A DNA stretch of 26,921 bases from a virus (Duplodnaviria; Caudoviricetes), in the IMG/VR virus record IMGVR_UViG_3300020045_013539, positions 1-26,921 of that record; one strand, written 5' to 3'. The notes under the pieces were generated by a model. The model was not told the DNA's origin. It did not search any database and saw only the letters and a program-made list of their open reading frames with translations. The translations under genes were made by a program, and so were the position numbers. Positions 7,908-17,412 of this stretch are shown piece after piece. How positions within the stretch are numbered: position 1 is the first letter of the stretch; each line of letters opens with the position of its first letter.

Positions 7908-10409
7908 ATGGTTTCAAAAAAAATTCAGCAGGCAGTAGGAAGGGGATCTACATATGTTGACGTTCTACCGACACCGATTTTAGCTCAAAGAGCTCCTGCG
8001 AGTTCGGATATTCTTCCTGCTGGTCAATTATTTATTGATGAGTCAACTAGTCCGTCTACGGTCTATACGAGTTTAGGAAATGGGGATTTTGCTACAGGTG
8101 GAAATGAAATCGCAAGCGCAACCACGTATGGTATCGTGTTACTGACGGACAATGATGCGCCTACTGGAACTGTTGCCTCAAAAGCGTATGTTGATAATAT
8201 TGCAATCTCCGGTTCTCCGGTATCTACTGAAACTGTTGCTGGTATTGGGCAATTAGCTACGAATGCTGAAGCGGTTGCAGGAACTGCATCAACAGGAGTT
8301 CTTGCATTATTCGTCACGCCTTCAAATCTATCATCAGTATTTGCAGCTAATCCAGCAATTGGTGGAACAACTCCCGCAGCAGCAACAGTAACAGATTTTA
8401 CAGCAACAGGAACGATCTCTATCGCATCCGCTGCGCCGATTGTCATTGACGTTACTGGAGCCGGAAATGATCTAACTCTATCGAGCGACGCAGGTCGAGT
8501 AATAGTTAATGGTGAAGAGGCTGCAGCAAATGCTGTGACTATTGTTTCGGCAGTAGGCGGCGTTGATTTAGACGCAGCATTGCAGGTTAATATCGCATCG
8601 TCTCAAAATGCCGCAGATGCTATTCGAATTGTAGCATCGGCCGGAGGAATTGATGTCGACGCTGTTGGCAGTGCCGGAGAAGATATCAATATTACGAATA
8701 CTGGTGGTAGCGTTGTTATAGTGGCAACTGAAAGTGCGGCAGATTCCGTTGTAATTCAGTCAACTCTTGGGGGTATCGATATTTTAGCTAGTGGAGCTAG
8801 TGCTGGCGAGGATATTGATATCATTGCGACGGGTAGTTCGGTGAATATTACGAGCACTGAAAACAATTCTGGAGCTATATTAATTACGGCAAACGGAGGA
8901 ACTTCAGAAAGAATTACTTTGAATTCTGCACAAGGTACAGGGGCAGACAGCATCAATCTCGAGTCTACTGCTGGTGGTATTACACTTTCAGCAGCCCTTG
9001 CCAGCGCGGACGCTATTAATCTTGCAGCTAGTGCTGGAGGAGTTGATATCGATGGAGCGCTTCAGGTCAACATTGCATCAAGTCAAAACGCAGTGGATGC
9101 GATCAGAATTGTAGCAAGTGCCGGAGGTATTGACATCGACGCCGTCGGAGCAGCCACAGAAGATATCAATATTACGAATACTGGTGGTAGCGTTGTTATA
9201 GTGGCTACAGAATCGGCAGCAGATGCTATTAGAATGAATGCGTCAGGAGCTGCTGGAGGTTTTGATATCGACGCTGGAACTAACGGCTTTATCGTCGATA
9301 CGACAGGGGCTATATCATTAGATTCAGCAGCGGCATCTAATTTTACTGTAACTGGAGCTTTCGATCTCAGTCTAATTTCAAGTCTAGGGTCAGTAAACGT
9401 AACAGCAGGAGAGGATGCAGCCGACGCAATTGTATTGAGCGCAGGAGCTGGAGGAATCGATATTTTAGCGACTGGTGCAGCTGGGCAGGATATAGATATC
9501 GTTAACACTGGTGGTTCAGTAAATATTTCAGCAACGGAAAACGATGCCGGAGCTATTGCGATCACAGCTAACGGTGGAACGTCAGAAAGAATTACTCTTA
9601 CAGCGTCTCAGGGCACTGGAGCAGCTAGTATTGGTCTAACGTCAACAGCTGGTGGAATAACGTTAACAGGTGGTTTAGCAACGGCAGATGCAATTAACAT
9701 TGTGGCATCAAATGCAGCTGGAGGAATTGATATCGACGCTGGAACTAACGGTGTGATTGTCGATACTACTGGAGCTATCAGTTTAGATAGTGCAGCAGCG
9801 TCTAATTTTACTGTAACCGGAGCTTTCGATTTAACATTAAATTCAACAGCAGGAAGCGTGAATTTGACGGCAGGAGAAAGTGCCGCTGATTCAATGGTAT
9901 TTACAAATAATGGTATGGATATCGTTATTTCTGGAGCAGCTGGACGAGATTTCGATCTAACGAATACTGGAGGATCGATCAATATTACGGCAACGGAAAA
10001 CGTAACAGATGCTATCGTTATTAATGCGTCTGGTGCAGCGTCTGCTATTTCTGTTGATTGCGGAACAGGATCATTTAGATTTGGAACTGGTATTGTTGTT
10101 CCAGTAACATCAAAAGGAAACGCAGATACACCCTATACAGTTCTTGGAACAGATTATTTCATTTCATGCGATACGTCTGGCGGTGTTTTAACTGTGACAT
10201 TACCAGCAGCTACAGCGCTGGCAGGACGTACATTTGTTATCAGAGATACAGGAGGAGCCGCAGCCGTAAACAATATTACGATCGGCGGAGGAGGCACAAA
10301 CTTAGTTGGGGGTGGGGCTTCTGCGGCATCAAAAACATTGAGTGCAGCATACTCCGGGGCTAGGGTAATCTCAAATGGAACGACCTGGAATTACGAATAT
10401 ATTGCATAA
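7908..10409 (+). CDS. Long repetitive tail-fibre/adhesin-like protein
   Basis: 833 aa, A/G/S/T/I/D-rich. Fibre-type motifs 'ASATTYGIVLL' and 'STETVAGIGQLATNAEA', many 'AADAIxIxASAGGIDIDA' repeats, and a C-terminal 'TDYFISCDT...LP' domain. Confidence 0.75.
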   Translation: MVSKKIQQAVGRGSTYVDVLPTPILAQRAPASSDILPAGQLFIDESTSPSTVYTSLGNGDFATGGNEIASATTYGIVLLTDNDAPTGTVASKAYVDNIAISGSPVSTETVAGIGQLATNAEAVAGTASTGVLALFVTPSNLSSVFAANPAIGGTTPAAATVTDFTATGTISIASAAPIVIDVTGAGNDLTLSSDAGRVIVNGEEAAANAVTIVSAVGGVDLDAALQVNIASSQNAADAIRIVASAGGIDVDAVGSAGEDINITNTGGSVVIVATESAADSVVIQSTLGGIDILASGASAGEDIDIIATGSSVNITSTENNSGAILITANGGTSERITLNSAQGTGADSINLESTAGGITLSAALASADAINLAASAGGVDIDGALQVNIASSQNAVDAIRIVASAGGIDIDAVGAATEDINITNTGGSVVIVATESAADAIRMNASGAAGGFDIDAGTNGFIVDTTGAISLDSAAASNFTVTGAFDLSLISSLGSVNVTAGEDAADAIVLSAGAGGIDILATGAAGQDIDIVNTGGSVNISATENDAGAIAITANGGTSERITLTASQGTGAASIGLTSTAGGITLTGGLATADAINIVASNAAGGIDIDAGTNGVIVDTTGAISLDSAAASNFTVTGAFDLTLNSTAGSVNLTAGESAADSMVFTNNGMDIVISGAAGRDFDLTNTGGSINITATENVTDAIVINASGAASAISVDCGTGSFRFGTGIVVPVTSKGNADTPYTVLGTDYFISCDTSGGVLTVTLPAATALAGRTFVIRDTGGAAAVNNITIGGGGTNLVGGGASAASKTLSAAYSGARVISNGTTWNYEYIA
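8678..9205 (+). repeat. Identical 48-nt direct repeat, 480 nt apart, within the 833-aa gene
   Basis: AGAAGATATCAATATTACGAATACTGGTGGTAGCGTTGTTATAGTGGC at 8678-8725 and 9158-9205. A 25-nt identity TTGATATCGACGCTGGAACTAACGG also occurs at 9262 and 9727. Confidence 0.9.
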
Positions 10410-10427
10410 TAAGCGAAGGGGTAGAAC

Positions 10428-10757
10428 ATGTCAAACAACTCACAACGCTTAGGTTGGGATACTGAGAGGTCGCTAGCTGCGACCTCTTTCAATGGTTCAT
10501 CTCAAAACATAGGTAGTGCTCTCACAGAGAATCCCGTAATCATCGTCTACGATAATCAAACGGATGTAGCCGTCCCACTCTATGCCGATGGTGTTTTATG
10601 GAAAACATTTAGTGCAGGCCAATGTTTTGTAGAGGATCTCAGAGCAAATATAGGGATTGCGTCGAATTATACGATAGATCTGGGAACACAGTTCAGCACT
10701 AATGCTAGCGTGGGAACATCGGGCAGTTTTAGAATCTCCATACATTTCGCGAGGTAG
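10428..10757 (+). CDS. Small beta-rich virion-associated protein
   Basis: 109-aa ORF with AAGGGG RBS within the fibre cluster. Confidence 0.6.
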   Translation: MSNNSQRLGWDTERSLAATSFNGSSQNIGSALTENPVIIVYDNQTDVAVPLYADGVLWKTFSAGQCFVEDLRANIGIASNYTIDLGTQFSTNASVGTSGSFRISIHFAR

Positions 10758-10758
10758 A

Positions 10759-11229
10759 ATGTCACAAATTTATAAAGATTCTCGAAGCTCTCCAATGCCC
10801 CCGTCGGTTGCGACAACGTACGTAACTGATTCTGGAAACGCAGTGCCTGCAGCAAATATTTTAAATGTTATCGGTGGAGCTGGGTGCTCAACTACTGGTT
10901 CTGGAAATACTGTTACTGTTGTTGTTGACGGCACAGCGGTTTCATACGTTAACGTAACAAATGCAATGTCTCCATATGTTGTAACTGCGACAGACTATTT
11001 TATTTCATGTGATACAACTGCCGGAGATGTGATTATTCAGTTACCGAACGCACCAACGCAATATGATCAGTTTGTTGTAAAATATCGAACAGGAACGCTT
11101 CCGAATACAGTTACAGTGACAACTGTAGGTGGTGTGGTAACAATTGACGAAAGCACCTCACAAGTGATGGCAGATAAATATGAGGCCCTAGAGTTACTAT
11201 ACAATGGGTCTGGATACGAGTCGTTTTAG
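10759..11229 (+). CDS. Short tail-fibre-like protein
   Basis: Start moved to ATG 10759 (GAGGT RBS). Shares 'TDYFISCDT' with the 833-aa protein and 'SVATTYxTDSGNA' with the next gene. Confidence 0.7.
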   Translation: MSQIYKDSRSSPMPPSVATTYVTDSGNAVPAANILNVIGGAGCSTTGSGNTVTVVVDGTAVSYVNVTNAMSPYVVTATDYFISCDTTAGDVIIQLPNAPTQYDQFVVKYRTGTLPNTVTVTTVGGVVTIDESTSQVMADKYEALELLYNGSGYESF

Positions 11230-11251
11230 TAGGAAATTTTAGAGGAAAATA

Positions 11252-11977
11252 ATGGCAAACGTCGGAACAGCAACAGCAGGAAAAGTCCTTACAGCAACTG
11301 GTCTGCTATCATCATCAACATTTCAACCTCTTGGAACTAATTCAGGTTTAACAGATAACGGAGTGATTATCGGGGGTGGAAACGGCCCTCTAACATCAAC
11401 AACGGCTCTTACAAATGGACAAGTAGTAATCGGAGCAACTGGCAGCGATCCTGTTGCTGCATCGATTACTAGTACAGGTGGCACGATTACGTTTACTCCT
11501 GGATCCGGAACATTAAACATGGAGGCTGGCGGTGGTTCTGTTGCCACGACGTATACTACAGATTCGGGAAACGCAACCCCTGCAGCAGGCGTATTAAACG
11601 TATTAGGAAGATCTGGATCGAAAATTTCAGCATCTGGAGCAACGGTTACAGTAAAAAGCCCCCCATATGCTGACGCCGGAGCTTCTGCAACATCATCACT
11701 TAATACAGGAGAATTTGTTACAGGAGCGTATACTAGGACGCTTCCGGCATCTGCTGGTTTAGCTGATGGAGACCTTATAGAATACGTATGTACATCAGCA
11801 TCAGCATTAGTGATACAGGCAGTGGGAGCACAAACAATTCGGCTAGGATCGTCTGTTTCAAGCGCAGCTGGTACAGCTACATCAACAGCAATCGGAGATT
11901 CGATTTCGCTTAGATTTAGATCTACGAATCAGGTGTGGTACGCTACTAGCGCAATCGGTTTATGGACATTAGCATAG
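11252..11977 (+). CDS. Tail-fibre-like protein
   Basis: G/T/S/A-rich with 'GKVLT', 'LTNGQVVIGATG' and 'TDSGNATPAAGVLNVLG' fibre motifs. GAGGA RBS. Confidence 0.7.
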   Translation: MANVGTATAGKVLTATGLLSSSTFQPLGTNSGLTDNGVIIGGGNGPLTSTTALTNGQVVIGATGSDPVAASITSTGGTITFTPGSGTLNMEAGGGSVATTYTTDSGNATPAAGVLNVLGRSGSKISASGATVTVKSPPYADAGASATSSLNTGEFVTGAYTRTLPASAGLADGDLIEYVCTSASALVIQAVGAQTIRLGSSVSSAAGTATSTAIGDSISLRFRSTNQVWYATSAIGLWTLA

Positions 11978-11984
11978 GTGAAAA

Positions 11985-13328
11985 ATGGTAAGAGCAACTC
12001 CCGATAATAGATATGGCCCAACAACCTGGATTGTGGACGCAAGCGCAGCTAAAGGCAGTCATACCACGATCGCTTCCGCTATTGCAGATTCATCCGCAGG
12101 TGATACGATCTATGTACACTCCGGAACATATACTGAAAATATCACAACGAAAGCGGGCGTGCGTATCATGTCGGATCTAACAGGTATGCAGGGACCGGCA
12201 GCGATAATCGCTGGAACTGTAACTATGACGGAAGGCGGCGTACATTCGCTTGCAGGTCTGCAAATTTCATCAAATGGAGCAGTATGCATCGACGTCACAG
12301 GTTCTAATACAATTCAATCCGAGGTAGTGAATTGTAGAATTAATATGACGAACGGAGATGGGGTAGCGATTAACAATGCAAATGCCGGAATCAATTTTGT
12401 AAACTGCCGATTTGATCAAACTGGAAATAATCTAGATTATTTCAATCTAACCTCATGTTCGTTTGTAAAATTTATGTATTGCGATTTTTTGGCATCAGCA
12501 GCAACTAAAGGTACTAGTACCATTGCATCAGGAGAAGTTCAGCTGAGATGGTGTGCGATCCAGGGTCATCAGTTTACAACATCCTCCAGCGGAGTTATCG
12601 AATTCTGGGATAGTTATAGCGATCAGGAGGGGAACATTGTATTTTTAACGACTGCTGGAACAGGAACGAGCGCGATATTTGGGTGTTATATCGAAAGTGG
12701 GACATCTGCTGCAATATCCGTTGGAGCAGGAACAACAGTAAACCTACGTGATTCATGCATAAAATCGTCCAATGCTGCGCCTGTGGCGGGTGCTGGAACG
12801 ATTAACTATGTTAACGTGTCGTTTGCAGGGACTACATCAGAGATTACGACAACTACTCAAAGCGCAGGATATACTCAATTAGGTAAATGGAGAGCATTAG
12901 GTCAACCGGCATTTCTTGCGACAGGTAGCAATGTTAACGACGTGACAGGAGATGCTACGGCGTACACATTGACGTTTACAACAGAAGTGTTTGATCAAAA
13001 TAGTAATTTTGATGGAACCAGTACATTTACAGCACCTATTACAGGAAGGTATGAGTTAAATTGTTTTGTATCCACTCAACAAATCGGAGCCGGTCATACT
13101 ACGGGAACATTAGCACTTGTAACATCAAATCGAACTTACACACAATTTACCGGAAATCCAGCAAATATGGCAACAGCCGGAGGAGCTTGGAGAGGTGGAT
13201 TTTCTGTGTTAGCAGATATGGACGCAGCAGATACCGCAACAGTTGTTGTAACTATTTCAGGAAGCACAAAAACAGTCGATACACAAAGCTCTCCAGCTAG
13301 TACATTTTCAGGTGCATTAATAGCTTAA
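11985..13328 (+). CDS. Tailspike-like receptor-binding protein (pectin-lyase-like beta-helix plus C1q-like C-terminal domain)
   Basis: N-terminal 'HTTIASAIADSSAGDTIYVHSGTYTENI' beta-helix cap and C-terminal 'FTTEVFDQNSNFDGTSTFTAPITGRY' C1q-like motif. Confidence 0.75.
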   Translation: MVRATPDNRYGPTTWIVDASAAKGSHTTIASAIADSSAGDTIYVHSGTYTENITTKAGVRIMSDLTGMQGPAAIIAGTVTMTEGGVHSLAGLQISSNGAVCIDVTGSNTIQSEVVNCRINMTNGDGVAINNANAGINFVNCRFDQTGNNLDYFNLTSCSFVKFMYCDFLASAATKGTSTIASGEVQLRWCAIQGHQFTTSSSGVIEFWDSYSDQEGNIVFLTTAGTGTSAIFGCYIESGTSAAISVGAGTTVNLRDSCIKSSNAAPVAGAGTINYVNVSFAGTTSEITTTTQSAGYTQLGKWRALGQPAFLATGSNVNDVTGDATAYTLTFTTEVFDQNSNFDGTSTFTAPITGRYELNCFVSTQQIGAGHTTGTLALVTSNRTYTQFTGNPANMATAGGAWRGGFSVLADMDAADTATVVVTISGSTKTVDTQSSPASTFSGALIA

Positions 13329-13342
13329 TTTAAGGAAAAAAT

Positions 13343-13678
13343 ATGCAAATAAGACAAGAAAAACTTGAAAACGGTGATCTACAAATGATATTCACATTGG
13401 ACGAATACGATCAGTTGTGCTTAGAACATGATCTAGTAGATATAGTAGAATGGTACAAAACAGGTCCAACCCAGCAAAAAATCTACAATTGTAGATCCCG
13501 CATGATTCAGGAAAACAAAGAAAAGCTCATGCAATCACCCGAGTTTTTAAAAAAGACCGTAGCTGAAGTTAACGCAATATTTTCTGATGAAATAGCGATG
13601 GTTCGGGAAATTAAATCAATGCCTGGATATAAAAATCGCGCGCAACGAGAAGCCGAATTGTCTAGCAAAATGATTTAG
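13343..13678 (+). CDS. Hypothetical protein, possible fibre assembly chaperone
   Basis: 111 aa with AAGGA RBS, directly after a fibre gene, ending 'PGYKNRAQRE'. Confidence 0.55.
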   Translation: MQIRQEKLENGDLQMIFTLDEYDQLCLEHDLVDIVEWYKTGPTQQKIYNCRSRMIQENKEKLMQSPEFLKKTVAEVNAIFSDEIAMVREIKSMPGYKNRAQREAELSSKMI

Positions 13679-13686
13679 TAAAATTT

Positions 13687-14583
13687 ATGGCTGGAAATAA
13701 TGCAATCAATGCCGGAGCTACTGGCATAATCAGGCATAATGGATCAGGTGTATTTGACGGGGTAACAACAACGCAATATAATGCGCTGATCGGAGCATCA
13801 TCAAATGGAATTACAAGTGTAGCTCCATCGGCAACAAGTGGGGTTCCGATAATATCTCAGGGGTCATCAGCAAATCCAACATTTGGAACTGCGGTAGTTG
13901 CAGGCGGTGGAACAGGGTTAACATCAGCTACAGCATATGCAGTTTTATGCGGCGGAACATCTAGTACCGGAGCTCTTCAATCAATAGCTGGAGTAGGTGT
14001 GTCGGGCCAAGTTTTGACGTCAAACGGAGCATCAGCGCTTCCGACATTTCAAACAGCAGCATCAGGAGGAGCATTTGTATTTGTCTCATCCGCTAGTGCA
14101 TCAAACTCATCTAGCATCACATTTACATCTCTCACAGCATCATCGCTGTATTATTTAAATATTAGAAATTTAAAAGTTGCTACAGATTTAGCGCAGGTAT
14201 TTTTGCGCGTGAGTACGGATAATGGATCTTCATATGCAGCCGTAGACTATCAATATGATTCTGCGCAAGGAGGTTCCTCAACATCCGCAACAGCTATATC
14301 TCTAACAGGAAGTGGGGGCATCGGAAATGCCACTGGAGAATTCGGATCCTCATTTAATATATTTATGCACGGAATGAACATAGCGTCTAACCCGCTATGG
14401 GTTAACTGGCAAGGTGCGGCCATGTCAGAATCGGGAGAACTAATCGATACGCAGGGTGCCGGAGTGAGCGCAGACGATCTAAATGGAGGATCAACTCAGG
14501 AAATCGATGCAATACAGATCATATGTTCGACAGGAAATATTTCATCTGGTGAGTTTTATCTTTACAGAATCGCAACGAGCTAG
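13687..14583 (+). CDS. Tail-fibre protein
   Basis: 'VAGGGTGLTS', 'GQVLTSNGASALPTFQ' and C-terminal 'DAIQIICSTGNISSGEFYLY' are typical phage fibre segments. Confidence 0.75.
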   Translation: MAGNNAINAGATGIIRHNGSGVFDGVTTTQYNALIGASSNGITSVAPSATSGVPIISQGSSANPTFGTAVVAGGGTGLTSATAYAVLCGGTSSTGALQSIAGVGVSGQVLTSNGASALPTFQTAASGGAFVFVSSASASNSSSITFTSLTASSLYYLNIRNLKVATDLAQVFLRVSTDNGSSYAAVDYQYDSAQGGSSTSATAISLTGSGGIGNATGEFGSSFNIFMHGMNIASNPLWVNWQGAAMSESGELIDTQGAGVSADDLNGGSTQEIDAIQIICSTGNISSGEFYLYRIATS

Positions 14584-14592
14584 GATAAAAAA

Positions 14593-14793
14593 ATGGCATT
14601 ACATAAAATAGAAAATGGAATTCGTATAGATTTATCTCAGGAAGAAGAAGTAAAAGTCATTGCTCAATGGTCAATTGACGATCAGCGATTTCGAGATGAA
14701 ATTCTAAATAGAACTACTCTAAAAAATTCAGCTATAGTAAAGATGACTGCTATGGGATTTTCTCAAGGCGAAATTAGCCAAATTATAAAATAA
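14593..14793 (+). CDS. Small tail-fibre assembly chaperone-like protein
   Basis: 66 aa after a fibre gene, 'NGIRIDLSQEEE...KNSAIVKMTAMGFSQGEI'. AGGA RBS. Confidence 0.6.
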   Translation: MALHKIENGIRIDLSQEEEVKVIAQWSIDDQRFRDEILNRTTLKNSAIVKMTAMGFSQGEISQIIK

Positions 14794-14799
14794 GTCTAT

Positions 14800-15117
14800 T
14801 TATGCTATCTTAGTAGCAGAATCCAATGCATCACGATAACCGCTTCCGTCAATATCGTTAAGGTCTTCCGGATACGTTTCATCACTATTAGAATTTAGCC
14901 ATTCCTCATTTTTCTCATCCCATGCAGGATCTCCACGTCTATATTTTCCTGCTAGCATTACGGCATCAACAGAATTAATATACGCGCAGGCATCACATTC
15001 CGCAGGTTTTCTCGATTCATTCACATAAATGACACACGACGTGACAAATCCACACATTAGAATACTGCAAAAAATTATTCCAAAAATAGCTAGACTTATA
15101 ATAGAGGTTTTAGACAT
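14800..15117 (-). CDS. Membrane-anchored hypothetical protein
   Basis: Start moved to MSKTS (AAGGA RBS). One long hydrophobic segment, then CxxC and an acidic tail. Confidence 0.6.
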   Translation of the reverse strand: MSKTSIISLAIFGIIFCSILMCGFVTSCVIYVNESRKPAECDACAYINSVDAVMLAGKYRRGDPAWDEKNEEWLNSNSDETYPEDLNDIDGSGYRDALDSATKIA

Positions 15118-15145
15118 AACATATCCTTTTTTCAAATATGATACG

Positions 15146-15445
15146 TTATTGATGATTACGTTTCAATGAGTTTGTTTTTTTTCGCAGACATGAAAATGGA
15201 CTAATGCATAAAATCGCATCCCATTTTCGTAAACGTTCATGTTCGGGTGTTTTTTTTAGAAAAACATGACAGATTTGACAATATTTCGCAACGCAATCGC
15301 GTTTTTTTCTATTTCGTGAAAATTCATAAAGAGGTTTGCTTTCGTTACAGTTTGGGCAAATCTTGCACTTAATTTCCAGAGGCTGGCGTGAAATCAATGT
15401 CAACTCCAGTATAATGCTCGAAAATCCCTTCCGCGCATTGCTCAA
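15146..15445 (-). CDS. Small zinc-ribbon protein (start uncertain)
   Basis: 'KICPNCNESKPLYEF...KYCQIC' has two CxxC pairs. The annotated N-terminus overlaps the upstream gene and may not be real. Confidence 0.5.
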   Translation of the reverse strand: MSNARKGFSSIILELTLISRQPLEIKCKICPNCNESKPLYEFSRNRKKRDCVAKYCQICHVFLKKTPEHERLRKWDAILCISPFSCLRKKTNSLKRNHQ

Positions 15446-15590
15446 TTAGGTTATCCTCAGAGAGACCGAAATGCTCGTTTATATAATGACATGAGCTTAA
15501 AAATCCCACAAATACTACACAAAAAATACAAATTCCACGCATGATAGTCCAAACCTCCGGATCAACCACAAAACTTTCCGTTGTCGTCAT
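15369..15590 (-). CDS. Small membrane protein
   Basis: AAGGA RBS, one TM segment followed by 'DNLIEQCAEGIFEHYTGVDIDFTP'. Confidence 0.7.
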   Translation of the reverse strand: MTTTESFVVDPEVWTIMRGICIFCVVFVGFLSSCHYINEHFGLSEDNLIEQCAEGIFEHYTGVDIDFTPASGN

Positions 15591-15723
15591 AAAATCCTTT
15601 AAATGTAATGAGCATTATCGCCCATGATCCAATAGCTATTAATATAGAAGCAGGCATTTCTACATAACATAAAACAATAATTGGAGAAATAATTAAAAAA
15701 AATATCGTCATCAAGTAAAGCAT
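15562..15723 (-). CDS. 53-aa two-TM membrane protein (not in ORF track)
   Basis: MLYLMTIFFLIISPIIVLCYVEMPASILIAIGSWAIMLITFKGFYDDNGKFCG. TAATG overlap with the upstream gene. Confidence 0.6.
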   Translation of the reverse strand: MLYLMTIFFLIISPIIVLCYVEMPASILIAIGSWAIMLITFKGFYDDNGKFCG

Positions 15724-15968
15724 TATTTTACACGAATATAATGACCATCTAACGTATCATTATCCCCTAAAAGTTTTTCTAGCTTCCTGTGCGCCGATCC
15801 AATATCACTACATACTGCGACGGATCTCCACTGGCTATCAGCCGTATTAAATGGCCTAAAAAATATTTCTCTAATCCGCAAATCTACACGGCTCATTGTT
15901 TTTTTCTCGGAATTTTTTTCAGCAGCCAGAGCAGGATACGCAGATTTACGACATTCAATTGAGTACAT
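15723..15968 (-). CDS. Hypothetical protein
   Basis: Start moved to MYSIEC (GGAG RBS inside the end of the upstream gene). Confidence 0.55.
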   Translation of the reverse strand: MYSIECRKSAYPALAAEKNSEKKTMSRVDLRIREIFFRPFNTADSQWRSVAVCSDIGSAHRKLEKLLGDNDTLDGHYIRVK

Positions 15969-16332
15969 CACGTTCTCCGTACATTTCATAAATTCTATTG
16001 ACAATCTCAGCTAATCTTTCCGATGTGATATACTCATCGCAGTCATCGCCGATATTAATACGAGTTTTTAAACGTTCGAATAAATCGTTGCTATTGATAG
16101 GATCCAGTGTAATGCAATTTTTTACGATATGCGCGAGCCGTTGATTCGCTTGAATTCGCTCGTGATAGTTTGTTTTCGTCACCTTTTTAATGACGTAATT
16201 TTCGTCTATCGTGTACTGTTTTTTGGATTTAGCTCTCCAGAAACAACAACATCCGCATGAATCCGATCCCTGTGGAGGATTGACGGTTTGGCTAAATTCT
16301 GGATGTAACTCAAGTGTGGGCTGAACGTTCAT
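15955..16332 (-). CDS. Hypothetical protein with CGCCC cluster
   Basis: 125 aa, GAGG RBS. Confidence 0.65.
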   Translation of the reverse strand: MNVQPTLELHPEFSQTVNPPQGSDSCGCCCFWRAKSKKQYTIDENYVIKKVTKTNYHERIQANQRLAHIVKNCITLDPINSNDLFERLKTRINIGDDCDEYITSERLAEIVNRIYEMYGERDVLN

Positions 16333-16383
16333 AATAAAACCTCAAATTCAGTTTTACCATGAACCGCATTTTAGTAAAAGATG

Positions 16384-17379
16384 TTATTTTTGAGCGCGTT
16401 TTGTCTTTTCATATAGAGCATCAAACTGCTCTTTATTATCTGATACTGACATTAGCGTATTGACTTTAGCAATCTGTTTTTCAAGAGCTGGACAGCCGAT
16501 ATCATGTGTTAATAGTTGATGGTGTCTATTATTTCTGTATCCCTTTTCATTGATGGGGTTTCTTCTTCTCAATTCTTCATGAATTTCTGTAGAAAGCTCG
16601 CGATAGATAAATTTATTAATTAATGTTCCGGCAAATTGAGGATTTCCTTTTAGATGCTCAAGACCATACATTTTTTTTAAATTTGTGAAAAAATCAGGAG
16701 GAAACCTTTTAATCCAAGGCTGAATTTCAATAGCAATAAATTTTGAAAACAGTTTCTGAAGTTCATCATTTTCTTTGTCTCTTTCAAATCCTGTAGCCTC
16801 ATCAACAAGCGCGATTATTCCGGTCTTAGCCAATGCTTGCAAGATGATCTCAGCTCTATCTGCAATGGCAAGCTGAGATTTTACCAATACGCCGGCTCTT
16901 CTAGCATCTAAATAAACTTTGCAAATTTCTGGTATTGATTCCGCCTTATGTCCATAGGCTTTTCCTCTGCTAGAATGAATAAAAACAGTGATATTCGCTC
17001 CATCTATTAAACTATTGGGTATGAATGGTATAAGATTCTTCGACTCTAAAAAAGCGGGAACTTTGCCCCCTTTATCAATATCATTTGTATTTTTAGTTGT
17101 TTTTCTTCCAGTTCTAACTCTTCCAAGAGCTTCGAAAACTGATTTCTCTGTAATTACACGAGTGCCATCAGGCAAAACAGCGCATGAAATTGAGAAATCT
17201 CCAAAAACTAATTCACCGACGTGTGTAGCTCTAGGATATTTCTGCATACATTTTTTGCTAGAATTCGCTTTAATGGCGCGCTCTTTGCGTTGCTGTGGAG
17301 TCATTTTAGCAGCAGCGGCTTTTCCGGCTAAAACACCGGATTCTTGACGCGTTAATGGTCTTTTGATATCATTAGACAT
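16384..17379 (-). CDS. P63C-domain protein (phage antirepressor-associated family)
   Basis: 'HVGELVFGDFSISCAVLPDGTRVI', 'LAKTGIIALVDEATG', 'PWIKRFPPDFF' and 'HHQLLT' are P63C-family motifs. AGGAG RBS. Confidence 0.9.
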   Translation of the reverse strand: MSNDIKRPLTRQESGVLAGKAAAAKMTPQQRKERAIKANSSKKCMQKYPRATHVGELVFGDFSISCAVLPDGTRVITEKSVFEALGRVRTGRKTTKNTNDIDKGGKVPAFLESKNLIPFIPNSLIDGANITVFIHSSRGKAYGHKAESIPEICKVYLDARRAGVLVKSQLAIADRAEIILQALAKTGIIALVDEATGFERDKENDELQKLFSKFIAIEIQPWIKRFPPDFFTNLKKMYGLEHLKGNPQFAGTLINKFIYRELSTEIHEELRRRNPINEKGYRNNRHHQLLTHDIGCPALEKQIAKVNTLMSVSDNKEQFDALYEKTKRAQK

Positions 17380-17412
17380 AGAAAAACTCCTTTTTTTTGT
17401 TTCTCTAAATAA

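Noticed and set aside
8678-9205. DGR template/variable repeat pair
   Set aside because: Both copies are in-frame coding repeats of one gene, flanking differences are not adenine-specific, and no reverse transcriptase is in the window.
8063-9982. Long minus-strand ORFs (8063..8446, 8756..8956, 9083..9565, 9608..9982)
   Set aside because: Antisense shadows of the repetitive Ala/Gly/Thr-rich 833-aa gene, with no RBS or independent motifs.
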